64,000 bases of DNA, taken from a virus. Shown piece by piece: positions 39,341 to 49,396 of the stretch (within the stretch, counting starts at the first letter, position 1; each line of letters starts with the position of its first letter). A program made the position numbers and the translations under genes. The stretch lies in the IMG/VR virus record IMGVR_UViG_3300027708_000024; one strand, 5' to 3'. The notes beneath the pieces are model-generated. The model was not told the origin of the DNA, did not search any database, and worked only from the letters and a program-made list of their open reading frames with translations.

Positions 39341-42300
39341 ATGTCGAACACAAAGATCCAACTAAAAAAATCTGGAGTATCAGGGAATGTACCGGTTGAC
39401 CTACAATATGGTGAACCGGCACTAAACTATGATGATGGACGATTATATTACAAGGCGGCCGATGAGTCAATTGGATATATTAGTTCAACGGACTCATTCA
39501 ATACAATCAATGTAGATTCAACATTATTATTTGCAACATCAAATACAGATATATTAAGTATTAATTCTGCATTTGGTATTAGTGTTTCTGGATCAGGTAA
39601 AACTATTACAATTGGTGACGGTGCAACAAGTAATACTGCACAAGGTGCATTCAATCATTCCAATACACGTTTTAGTGCAAACGGTGGAACACTCTATGGT
39701 AATATAGATATACTTGGTCATGCCAATGTGCAAAATACTATTGTTGTAGGTACAGGTGCATACACCATTCTTCCAAATCTTGTTGCTCAATTTACAGGCA
39801 ATACAGAATTATACTCACAAGTTAATCAACAAAATATTAATGCTAACGGTACAGCGGATTTTGTTGTAACTGCTGATAATGGAACCGATGAAATCAATTA
39901 CCTAGACATGGGTATTGCTGGTTCCACGTATGTCAATAGTAATTACAATTCATGGCATTTTGTTAATCCAAATGATGGTTATCTGTTGATGCAAGGTAAT
40001 GCATCTCAGAATTTTGGTGGTAACGTTTTCTTTGGAACATCAGGTTCTGGTTCTGGTGGCAATCAAATTGGTGATATTGTATTCGTCCAAGGTTCAGATA
40101 CAGATAATGAAGTTGCTCGATTTGTGCTACATGAAGGTTTAGTAGTCAAAACAAAAACAGCATCAACAAGTAATTCAAGTGGTGCATTAGTTGTTCATGG
40201 TGGTATTGGTGCAAACGGTTCAATATACGGTGATGCAGTATATGATTCTAACATCAGAATTCTAGACAGAGCAAACACCGCAAATATAACTGCACAGGCA
40301 GCGTTTGATTATGCAAACACAATTGGTGCAGGTACTATTGACCAAACAGCAAGAGATACAGCAAATGGTGCATTTGATACAGCAAATACAGATGCTAATA
40401 ACATAGTAATAGTTGCTTCTTATGCTAACTCTGCATTTACTCAAGCAAACACCGCAAATATAACTGCACAGGCAGCGTTTGACTATGCCAATACATTAGG
40501 TAATGGTACAGTAGATCAAACTGCAAGAGATACAGCAAATGGTGCATTCGATACAGCAAATACAGGCGCAAACAATATAATAATTGTAGCATCCTATGCA
40601 AATTCAGCATATACTGAAGCAAATAGTGCCAACTTAACTGCACAATCTGGATTTGATAAATCCAACACTAATGCTACAGATATAACAATAACTGCTTCAT
40701 ATGCTAACTCGGCATATGCTAGTTCCAACACAAATGCTGACAATAATACGATAACTGCATCTTATGCAAACTCTGCGTATAGTGAAGCAAATTTGGCACA
40801 ATCGTATGCAAACAGTGCATTCACTAAATCGAATACCAATTCAGATAATATTGTAATAGTTGCTTCTTATGCAAACTCAGCATTCACCCAAGCAAATACA
40901 GGAAATACTACTGCTCACGCATCGTTTGATAAATCAAATACAAATGCCAATGATATTACTATTGTTGCTTCATACGCCAATAGTGCGTACACCCAAGCAA
41001 ATACAGGAAATATAATAGCACAAGCGGCATTCGATAAAGCAAATACAGATTCTACCAATACTAGTATTGCAGGTTCTTATGCAAACTCGGCATACACCAA
41101 AGCAAATACAAATGCCGATGATATTACTATTGTTGCTTCATATGCAAACAGTGCATTTAGTAAATCAAACACCAACGCTACTGATATTACTATTACGGCA
41201 TCGTATGCCAATAGTGCATACACTAAAGCAAATAGTGCCAACTTAACAGCACAAGCAGCATTTGATAAAGCAAATACTGATTCTGATAATTCAACGATTG
41301 CGGGTTCTTATGCTAACTCTGCATATAGTGCCGCAAACTTGGCGCAATCATATGCCAACTCCGCATTTACGAAATCGAATACAAATGCAACTGACATAAC
41401 AATTGCAGGTTCTTATGCTAATTCAGCATATAATGAATCAAATACAAATGCAACTGATATTACCATAACGGCATCGTATGCCAATAGTGCATACACTAAA
41501 GCAAATAGTGCCAACTTAACAGCACAAGCAGCATTTGATAATTCTAATACAAAATTCAGTTCTTCTGGTGGAACAATATCTGGTCCAGTTACTATCTCAG
41601 GTAACAACAGTTTAACTGTTACAGGTAACTTAATCGTTCAAGGTTATACAACTACAAGTTACACTAATAGTTTGACATTATCAAATGCGATGTTTAGTTT
41701 GCATACGTCAAATACATTCGCACCACTAACTACCAATGATGGGCTAAACATTGGTATTGCGTTTCATTACTACGATACTGCTGACCATCAAGCAATTCTA
41801 GTAAGAGAAAATTCAACTGGGTATTTGACATGGTATAATACTTCTACTAATATTGGTGGTAATACAGATAGTAAAGGTATTACGATGGGAACATTCCAAA
41901 CGAATGCTCTTATCGCAAACTCAGCAACCATTAATGGTATAGAATTAGGTGCATATTCAAGTTCTGCATATGCTACTGCAAATAATAATGCGGCAGTTAA
42001 TTTAAATCAAAATACAAATATTACTATTGTTGGTTCGTATGCCAACTCTGCATATAGTGAAGCAAACAGTGCAAGTGCAACTGGTCAGGCAGCATACAAT
42101 ACTGCAAACACAAATGCTGACAATAATACTATTACCGCATCATATGCTAACTCAGCATACACAGCGGCCAATCTAGCACAGTCATATGCTAACTCAGCAT
42201 ATACATCTGCAAATACAAATGCAACTAATGCAACGATTGCTAGTTCATATGCAAACAGTGCTTATATTGCCGCCAACTTAGCACAATCATATGCCAATAG

Positions 42301-45300
42301 TGCTTATACAAAATCAAATACAAATGCCACTGATATCACTATTGTTGCTTCTTATGCCAATTCTGCATATACTAAAGCAAATACTGATGCAACAGATATT
42401 GTAATCGTAGCATCATATGCCAATAGTGCTTATACTGCGGCCAATTTAGCACAATCGTATTCAAATAGTGCATTTACAAAGTCGAACACTAATGCCACTG
42501 ATATTACTATTACTGCATCATATGCGAACTCGGCATATACACAGGCGAACAGTGCCAACTTAACTGCACAATCATCGTTTGATAAATCAAACACCAACGC
42601 AACAAATGTTACTATTGTTGCTTCTTATGCTAACTCTGCGTATGCTCAAGCAAATACAGGAAATACAAGAGCGCAATCTGCATTTGATAAGTCAAATACT
42701 AATGCAACAGATATCACTATTGTTGCTTCTTATGCCAACTCTGCATATACAAAATCAAATACAAATGCAACTGATATCACTATAGCAGCATCATATGCAA
42801 ATAGTGCGTATACAACTGCTAATGGTGCCGTTGGAGTTAATACTACACAAAATACTAATATTACTATTGCAGCATCTTATGCTAACTCTGCATACACACA
42901 GGCGAACAGTGCTAATCTAACAGCACAAGCAGCATTTGATACTGCAAACGGTGCCGTTGGAGTTAATACTACACAGAATACCAATATAACAATAACTGCT
43001 TCATACGCAAATAGTGCATATACACAAGCAAATACAGGAAATAATACTGCACAGGCAGCATTCGATAAAGCAAATACTGGTTCTGGTACTTATGCAAACT
43101 CTGCATACACGGCAGCCAATTTAGCACAATCGTATGCCAACTCCGCATATACATCTGCGAATACCAATGCAATTGATATCACTATTGTTGCTTCTTATGC
43201 CAATTCTGCTTATACTAAAGCAAACACGGGTGCTAACAATAATACTATTACGGCATCATATGCTAACAGTGCTTATACCGCAGCAAACTTAGCACAGTCA
43301 TATTCTAATTCAGCATACACTAGTGCTAATACGAATGCAACCAATATAACGATTGCTGGTTCGTATGCTAACTCGGCATATACTGCTGCCAATGGTACAT
43401 CAGCATATGCAAACAACACATTCTATTCTAAGAGTGGTGGACTTATTTCCGGTGATGTTAGTATTACTGGTAACTTAGTAATTAATGGTACAACTACCAC
43501 AGTCAATACAACAACTGTTTCTACTGTAGATTCGCTGATTAAACTCGCATCTAATAATATAGTTAGTGATTCATTAGATATTGGTTTTTATGGTGTTGCG
43601 AATACAGGAACAACAGTAACATACCATGGTTTAGTAAGACAGGCAGGGACAAATAATTTCTTGTTGTTTAGAGGATTAACACAAGACCCATCAGGTAATA
43701 CATTGCCTGCAGGTTCTGCAACTGCTGCAAACACGGCAACGTTGTATGCTAACTTGAATGCATACTCTGCAACAGTAAATGGATTTGATATCTATGCACA
43801 TGCCAATGCCGCATACACTAAAGCAAATACTGGTGCTACAGATATTACCATTACGGCATCGTATGCTAATAGTGCATTTACAAAAGCAAATAGTGCTAAT
43901 CTGACGGCACAAGCAGCATTTGATAAAGCAAATAATGTAATTATTTCTTCACTTGATACATTTACATCAAGTGGTGGATCAACAGTCACATTAAGTGTAA
44001 CACCAACAACAAAAAATCTAACACAGTTGTACATTAATGGTGCATATCAGAATAAAGATCAGTATAGTTTGTCTGGTTCTACAATAACATTTACTACTGC
44101 GCCACAGTCTGGTGATGTAATTGAGGTTACAACATATACTGCAAACACCGTTGGACTTTATTATACATCTCAAGGAAATGTTGCATCAATAACAGTAAAC
44201 AATACTACCAGATTGACTCAAAGTGCCACTACAGGTACAATAACAATGGATCTTGCGGCCATTTCAGGATTGGCGGCAGGAACATATTCGTACCCATCAT
44301 TGCAAGTTGATTCTTATGGTAGAATAACAACAATTAGCAATCAAACACCTGTAACATCATTTAATGGAATGACTGGTGCAGTCACACTATCAAGTGCAAA
44401 CGTAACTACTGCTTTAGGTTTTACTCCACTATCAGATACAACAACATATTCGTTAATTACAGCAAATGCTGCATCTACAAATGCTTATGTGAATTCTGTA
44501 ATTACTGCTAACGTTGCTACAATTAATGGATATATTACAGCAAATGCGGCAAGCACCAATACTTATGTTTTTAGTTTAATTACAGCAAATGCTGCATCTA
44601 CAAATGCCTATGTGAATGCTATTGTTACAGCAAACGCTACATCCGCAAACTCAGTAATCAATACTAGAATTACTGCTAATGCCGCATCTACAAATGCTTA
44701 TGTAAATTCGGTTGTTACCTCAAATTTAGTTAGCATTACCGATGATACAACTACTGCAACAGCACATTATCCATTATTGGGAATCGTGACAACTGGTGCT
44801 CTTACTGTAGCAAATACATCAAGTACCAAATTAACTTATGTTCCATCTACTGGAACATTGAGTGCTACCTCATTTACTGGATCAGGTTCAGGTCTGAGTG
44901 CATTGGGTACGTCAACATCATATCAAGTGGGATCATTTGGTGTTGGAACTGCTGCATCAGGAGTTAGTGGTGAAATTAGAGCAGTTAATAATATTACTGC
45001 TTATTATTCATCAGATATATCACTAAAACAAAATATTCAAAATATACAGAATGCTCTCGATGCCGTGGAAAAAATTGGAGGTAAGACGTTTGAATGGACA
45101 GATGACTATATTGACTCTAAAGGTGGTGCAGATGGATATTTTGTAAGAAAAGAAGATTTTGGTGTTATTGCTCAAGATGTTTTAGAAGTATTTCCATTAG
45201 CAGTTCGTGAAAGAGGAGATAAACTTCTTGCTGTTGACTATGAAAAATTAGTTGCTTTGGCATTTGCAGCAATCAAAGAATTAAAACAAGAAAACGAAAA

Positions 45301-45343
45301 TCTACAAGATCAACTTGATGAGTTAAAACAAAAAATCAAGTAA
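39341..45343 (+). CDS. Giant (2000 aa) tail fibre with long SYANSAY repeat stalk and Peptidase_S74 chaperone
   Basis: N-terminal IQLKKS..GEPALNY domain; dozens of ASYANSAY/F repeats; SSDISLKQNI..GVIAQDV..DYEKLVAL. Confidence 0.85.
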   Translation: MSNTKIQLKKSGVSGNVPVDLQYGEPALNYDDGRLYYKAADESIGYISSTDSFNTINVDSTLLFATSNTDILSINSAFGISVSGSGKTITIGDGATSNTAQGAFNHSNTRFSANGGTLYGNIDILGHANVQNTIVVGTGAYTILPNLVAQFTGNTELYSQVNQQNINANGTADFVVTADNGTDEINYLDMGIAGSTYVNSNYNSWHFVNPNDGYLLMQGNASQNFGGNVFFGTSGSGSGGNQIGDIVFVQGSDTDNEVARFVLHEGLVVKTKTASTSNSSGALVVHGGIGANGSIYGDAVYDSNIRILDRANTANITAQAAFDYANTIGAGTIDQTARDTANGAFDTANTDANNIVIVASYANSAFTQANTANITAQAAFDYANTLGNGTVDQTARDTANGAFDTANTGANNIIIVASYANSAYTEANSANLTAQSGFDKSNTNATDITITASYANSAYASSNTNADNNTITASYANSAYSEANLAQSYANSAFTKSNTNSDNIVIVASYANSAFTQANTGNTTAHASFDKSNTNANDITIVASYANSAYTQANTGNIIAQAAFDKANTDSTNTSIAGSYANSAYTKANTNADDITIVASYANSAFSKSNTNATDITITASYANSAYTKANSANLTAQAAFDKANTDSDNSTIAGSYANSAYSAANLAQSYANSAFTKSNTNATDITIAGSYANSAYNESNTNATDITITASYANSAYTKANSANLTAQAAFDNSNTKFSSSGGTISGPVTISGNNSLTVTGNLIVQGYTTTSYTNSLTLSNAMFSLHTSNTFAPLTTNDGLNIGIAFHYYDTADHQAILVRENSTGYLTWYNTSTNIGGNTDSKGITMGTFQTNALIANSATINGIELGAYSSSAYATANNNAAVNLNQNTNITIVGSYANSAYSEANSASATGQAAYNTANTNADNNTITASYANSAYTAANLAQSYANSAYTSANTNATNATIASSYANSAYIAANLAQSYANSAYTKSNTNATDITIVASYANSAYTKANTDATDIVIVASYANSAYTAANLAQSYSNSAFTKSNTNATDITITASYANSAYTQANSANLTAQSSFDKSNTNATNVTIVASYANSAYAQANTGNTRAQSAFDKSNTNATDITIVASYANSAYTKSNTNATDITIAASYANSAYTTANGAVGVNTTQNTNITIAASYANSAYTQANSANLTAQAAFDTANGAVGVNTTQNTNITITASYANSAYTQANTGNNTAQAAFDKANTGSGTYANSAYTAANLAQSYANSAYTSANTNAIDITIVASYANSAYTKANTGANNNTITASYANSAYTAANLAQSYSNSAYTSANTNATNITIAGSYANSAYTAANGTSAYANNTFYSKSGGLISGDVSITGNLVINGTTTTVNTTTVSTVDSLIKLASNNIVSDSLDIGFYGVANTGTTVTYHGLVRQAGTNNFLLFRGLTQDPSGNTLPAGSATAANTATLYANLNAYSATVNGFDIYAHANAAYTKANTGATDITITASYANSAFTKANSANLTAQAAFDKANNVIISSLDTFTSSGGSTVTLSVTPTTKNLTQLYINGAYQNKDQYSLSGSTITFTTAPQSGDVIEVTTYTANTVGLYYTSQGNVASITVNNTTRLTQSATTGTITMDLAAISGLAAGTYSYPSLQVDSYGRITTISNQTPVTSFNGMTGAVTLSSANVTTALGFTPLSDTTTYSLITANAASTNAYVNSVITANVATINGYITANAASTNTYVFSLITANAASTNAYVNAIVTANATSANSVINTRITANAASTNAYVNSVVTSNLVSITDDTTTATAHYPLLGIVTTGALTVANTSSTKLTYVPSTGTLSATSFTGSGSGLSALGTSTSYQVGSFGVGTAASGVSGEIRAVNNITAYYSSDISLKQNIQNIQNALDAVEKIGGKTFEWTDDYIDSKGGADGYFVRKEDFGVIAQDVLEVFPLAVRERGDKLLAVDYEKLVALAFAAIKELKQENENLQDQLDELKQKIK
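40260..43935 (+). repeat. Degenerate coding tandem repeats (ASYANSAYxxANT), including a perfect 74-nt pair at 41195-41268 / 41468-41541
   Basis: Visible at both DNA and protein level. Confidence 0.85.
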
Positions 45344-45345
45344 GG

Positions 45346-45353
45346 CATAAATA
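45346..45353 (+). promoter_or_regulatory. Late promoter CATAAATA for gp13
   Basis: Intergenic, followed by SD AGGAG. Confidence 0.7.
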
Positions 45354-45373
45354 TACCATCATAGGAGAATGTT

Positions 45374-46153
45374 ATGCCGGCAATTACAAATAGACAATCA
45401 TTTAAGGAATACTGCCTAAGAAGATTAGGTTTTCCTGTTATCGACATCAACGTTGATGATGACCAAGTTGAAGATCGTGTAGATGATTCTTTACAGTTCT
45501 ATCAAGACTATCATTTTGATGGCACTCAAAAAGTATACTACATCAAAAGACTAGATCAAACAGATTTAGACAATCGGTATATCAATCTCGATCCTGCCGT
45601 AACTATTGACACTGGTAACAATCAAATTGAGATTATTGGTGTCACTCGAATATTCCCTATCAGAGATTCTCAAGCAACTGTTAATATGTTTGACTTGAGA
45701 TATCAATTACGTTTAAATGAGTTGTACGACTTCACATCTGCGTCATACATCAATTATACAATGACACAGCAACACTTGCGTTCATTAGAAATCATGTTCA
45801 CTGGTGAGGTTCCTATTCGATATTCAAGACATCAGAGAAAATTATTCGTAGATTGGAATTGGGGAAGTGCTGCTGCACCATTAGGTACTGTTGCCATTTT
45901 AGAATGTTTTGCTATTGTTGATCCAGAACAATATAATAATGTATGGAATGATCGTTGGTTAAAAGAATACGCAACATCAAAAATCAAATCACAGTGGGGA
46001 AGCAATCTTAAAAAGTTTGGTGACATTCAATTGCCAGGTGGTGTCGTATTGAATGGTCAAAAAATCTTTGATGAAGCAGAGGCAGAAATTAAAGACTTAG
46101 AAGAAGAAATGCAAAGTAAGTATGAAATTCCTGTTGATTTTTATTTGAATTAA
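45374..46153 (+). CDS. gp13: Neck protein gp13
   Basis: YCLRRLGFPVIDINVDDDQVEDR, NDRWLKEYA..KSQWGSNLKKF..LPGGV. Confidence 0.95.
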   Translation: MPAITNRQSFKEYCLRRLGFPVIDINVDDDQVEDRVDDSLQFYQDYHFDGTQKVYYIKRLDQTDLDNRYINLDPAVTIDTGNNQIEIIGVTRIFPIRDSQATVNMFDLRYQLRLNELYDFTSASYINYTMTQQHLRSLEIMFTGEVPIRYSRHQRKLFVDWNWGSAAAPLGTVAILECFAIVDPEQYNNVWNDRWLKEYATSKIKSQWGSNLKKFGDIQLPGGVVLNGQKIFDEAEAEIKDLEEEMQSKYEIPVDFYLN

Positions 46154-46154
46154 T

Positions 46155-47051
46155 ATGCCAACAAGTACCTATTTTAATTTCTATAAGAATAGACCAGAGC
46201 AAAATCTTATTGAAGATTTGATGGTTGAGTCCATTAAACAATATGGATTTGATGGGTACTATATTCCATTGGAAAATGAAGCAGCAAGAGATTTGTTGTT
46301 TGGTGATGACCCATTAAAGAAATTCAAAAATGCATGGCCATTAGAGTTATACTTGTCTAATCCAACTGGCGACTTAGGTGAACAAGAGTTTTTTTCTAAA
46401 TTTGGTTTAGAGATTAGAAACGTCAGCAATGTTATTTTGTCAAAAAGAACATTCTCTCAAATGTTACCACAAGGTTTGTATGAACGACCAAGAGAAGGTG
46501 ATTTAATATACATTCCATTTAGTGGCGGTCAAGGTGATTTGTTTGAAATTAAATTTGTAAACGCAAACAAAGATAACTTCATATTAGGAAGAAAAAATCC
46601 ATATTTCTATGAATTATCATTAGAGAACTTCAAATATTCACAAGAACTCATCGATACTGGTATACCAGATATTGACGTTGTTGCTGGCGATGCATACACA
46701 TTGACATTCTTAATGGATGTATCTTCAGGTTACGGTGATTACTTGTTTAGAGAAGTGGTATATCAAGGAACTGATGTTGCTAATGCCACATCGAGAGCAG
46801 TTGTGACTTCGTGGACAATATCACAAGAATTTGATAATACCGGAATATTGCAAGTATCAAATATTTTTGGAGAATTCACTAACGGGTTTGATATTATCGG
46901 TGACACCACAAAAGCACATTATAGATTAGTCAATTATGATCCAATATTAGATCAACAATATCGTGAAGTATATGATAATAAAGTTATTCAAAATGAAGCA
47001 AATACTGTTGTCAATTTTAGTGAATCAAATCCATTTGGAAGTCATGTGTAA
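46155..47051 (+). CDS. gp14: Neck protein gp14
   Basis: EQNLIEDLMVESI, FSKFGLEIR, RPREGDLIYIP, FSESNPFG. Confidence 0.93.
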   Translation: MPTSTYFNFYKNRPEQNLIEDLMVESIKQYGFDGYYIPLENEAARDLLFGDDPLKKFKNAWPLELYLSNPTGDLGEQEFFSKFGLEIRNVSNVILSKRTFSQMLPQGLYERPREGDLIYIPFSGGQGDLFEIKFVNANKDNFILGRKNPYFYELSLENFKYSQELIDTGIPDIDVVAGDAYTLTFLMDVSSGYGDYLFREVVYQGTDVANATSRAVVTSWTISQEFDNTGILQVSNIFGEFTNGFDIIGDTTKAHYRLVNYDPILDQQYREVYDNKVIQNEANTVVNFSESNPFGSHV

Positions 47052-48424
47052 TGGCAGCAATTCAATATAACGCAATCATACGAAAACTAGTTATTGGATT
47101 TGGTAATTTATTTAACCAGATTCAAATTGCTAGGTTTGAAAGTGATGGAACAGAAGCAGAACGATTCCTTGTTCCTATCGCATATGCTGGTAAAGAAAAT
47201 TACCTATTAAGACTGCAAGGTGATCCTGATTTGTACAAAAAAGTACAGATTACATTACCAACAATGTCATTTGAAATGACAGGTATGAAATATGATGCAT
47301 CAAGAAAACAAACAACAAACTTTAAAAATTTCTCAAATTTAAATGGTCAAACAATTGCACAGTACAATCCTGTGCCGTATGATTTTGATTTTCAGTTATA
47401 TGTTTATGTAAGAAATACAGAAGATGGTACGCAAATTGTAGAACGAATTGCTCCATATTTTACTCCAGATTACACAATAAAATTAAATTTAATTCCTGAA
47501 ATGGGAGTCACAAAAGAAGTACCTATTATATTAAATGATATATCTCAAGATGTTCAGTACGAAGGAGATATGACATCAAAAGTAAGAATTATTGTTTGGA
47601 CATTAAGTTTTACTGTTAAAGGATTCTTGTATGGTCCACATTCAGAAATAGGTAAAATTATTAAAACAGTGATTACGAATATTCTTGATGATTCAAATCA
47701 AGGAGTATATTCATTAGTTGCACACATGGATACAGGAGTAGGTAACTATCAAGAGGGTGAGCATGTCTATCAAGGTGCATCAGGTGATATATCATCGGCC
47801 ACAGCAATAGTTATTAGTTGGAATCCAGATACAAATAAACTCATACTGAAAAATTTGCATGGCAACTTTATGGTTAGTCATCCAATTATTGGAAAAAACA
47901 CAGGAACAACAAGAACATTTGGATCATATGTACTTCAACCAATAGAAGAAGCAAAAATTACTGTTAGACCTAATCCATTTACTGCAAATGTTAATGATCC
48001 ATATACTTACACAACAACAATACAAGAAATTCCAAACATAACACCTACTGTTCCACCTGTTCTGCATTTAGGTGATGACAATCCTGCTAATGCTGCTGAA
48101 CCTAATTCAAGTGCATGGGTGTTGATTGATGGTCCTTATTATAATGTAACTGGAGATCCAACATCAGGATTTATTGATGGTTATAGTTGGCGCAAAATGG
48201 CACCTGCAGGAGTTAATGCATTTAATAAAATGACATATAATTATGGTACAGATCATATATACTGGAATGGATCTAATTGGGTATATGAAAGCGACCTTAG
48301 AGGCATAGTGGCAACTGGTATAAATGGACAGTGGCCGTGGGAAGCAACATGGACAGATGATTATAAGGCAGCAAAAATTATAGGCAGTTATAACAAATCA
48401 ACTAACTATCCGGCAGTGCCGTAA
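47051..48424 (+). CDS. gp15: Tail sheath stabilizer/terminator gp15 with C-terminal extension
   Basis: IRKLVIGFGNLFN, VPIAYA, LPTMSFEM, PVPYDFDF, QIVERIAPYFTP, WTLSFTVKGFLYGP; extra C-terminal domains. Confidence 0.9.
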   Translation: MAAIQYNAIIRKLVIGFGNLFNQIQIARFESDGTEAERFLVPIAYAGKENYLLRLQGDPDLYKKVQITLPTMSFEMTGMKYDASRKQTTNFKNFSNLNGQTIAQYNPVPYDFDFQLYVYVRNTEDGTQIVERIAPYFTPDYTIKLNLIPEMGVTKEVPIILNDISQDVQYEGDMTSKVRIIVWTLSFTVKGFLYGPHSEIGKIIKTVITNILDDSNQGVYSLVAHMDTGVGNYQEGEHVYQGASGDISSATAIVISWNPDTNKLILKNLHGNFMVSHPIIGKNTGTTRTFGSYVLQPIEEAKITVRPNPFTANVNDPYTYTTTIQEIPNITPTVPPVLHLGDDNPANAAEPNSSAWVLIDGPYYNVTGDPTSGFIDGYSWRKMAPAGVNAFNKMTYNYGTDHIYWNGSNWVYESDLRGIVATGINGQWPWEATWTDDYKAAKIIGSYNKSTNYPAVP

Positions 48425-48438
48425 AGAAAGAAAAAGAA

Positions 48439-48852
48439 ATGACAACAATAACAGGTGGTTTGATAATAACCGGCGGATTAAGAATTACCAAACCAGGAAT
48501 AGGTAGCGATAATAAAGCTAATCAATTCGAGCCTAACGCAACTGCATGGGTCCTAATGGACGGCCCATTGTATAATACGCTAGGATATCCACCAAGTGGA
48601 TTTTCAGGTGGTCAAAGTTGGAGAAAAATGGCACCAGCAACTATAACTAATGGTAAAACAGACTACATATATGGTGATGAACGTGTATATTGGGATGGTG
48701 CAAACTGGTTATATACAAACGTATATCGAGGAATAATTTCAGCAGGAACTGGTGGAAATTGGCCATGGGAATCACATTGGTCAGACGATTTTACTGGTGC
48801 AAAAATCTTTGCTAGTTATGCTAAATCAACTAACTATCCAGCAGTACCGTAA
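48439..48852 (+). CDS. Trp/Gly-rich protein paralogous to the gp15 C-terminal extension
   Basis: AWVLxDGPxYN, SWRKMAPA, WPWE, KSTNYPAVP shared with the gp15 tail. Confidence 0.75.
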   Translation: MTTITGGLIITGGLRITKPGIGSDNKANQFEPNATAWVLMDGPLYNTLGYPPSGFSGGQSWRKMAPATITNGKTDYIYGDERVYWDGANWLYTNVYRGIISAGTGGNWPWESHWSDDFTGAKIFASYAKSTNYPAVP

Positions 48853-48863
48853 AGGAAAATAAA

Positions 48864-49382
48864 ATGACAAGAATAGCAGGCGGATTAAGAATTAATGGTG
48901 GATTAAAAATAACTGACCCAGCACCAGCTGTTGGCGCATCATTTACAATATTAGATACAGACTTTCCTTTTGCAGCATATGTTGGTCCAGGTATTATAGA
49001 TTTTGGTCAATCTATTGGAATGTTAAGTGACGGAACACATGCTACGGATACTGCTCAATATACAATAGCATTAAGTAGTTTTTCTGCTCCAAAATTAGCA
49101 GAAATTCAAGCATATTTTTTCACAAATGCGTTAGTAAATAATGGAACTCTTGGTTATAATTTTACCGTTACTGGAAGTGGTGGTACAAATATTACCAAAG
49201 TAATATTAGGTTTAGATGGTAGTAATTTTATTATTGCGCCAGCGAATCTTGCAGCAAGTCCAAATTATACAGTTGATACAAGCCCAATGTCCTCTATTGT
49301 AAATGCAAATGGTATTTTGGCTTTCCCTGTTACCTTTACTTTAGATTCTCCATTGATTACTCATCCTGGTAGTTGGTGGTAA
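48864..49382 (+). CDS. Hypothetical protein sharing its N-terminal GGLxIxGGLxIT motif with the upstream gene
   Basis: MTRIAGGLRINGGLKIT vs MTTITGGLIITGGLRIT. Confidence 0.65.
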   Translation: MTRIAGGLRINGGLKITDPAPAVGASFTILDTDFPFAAYVGPGIIDFGQSIGMLSDGTHATDTAQYTIALSSFSAPKLAEIQAYFFTNALVNNGTLGYNFTVTGSGGTNITKVILGLDGSNFIIAPANLAASPNYTVDTSPMSSIVNANGILAFPVTFTLDSPLITHPGSWW

Positions 49383-49396
49383 AAAAATAAAACCCT

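Noticed and set aside
40260-43935. Repetitive DNA as a CRISPR array
   Set aside because: Repeats are degenerate, in frame and coding; no constant repeat with unique spacers, no cas genes
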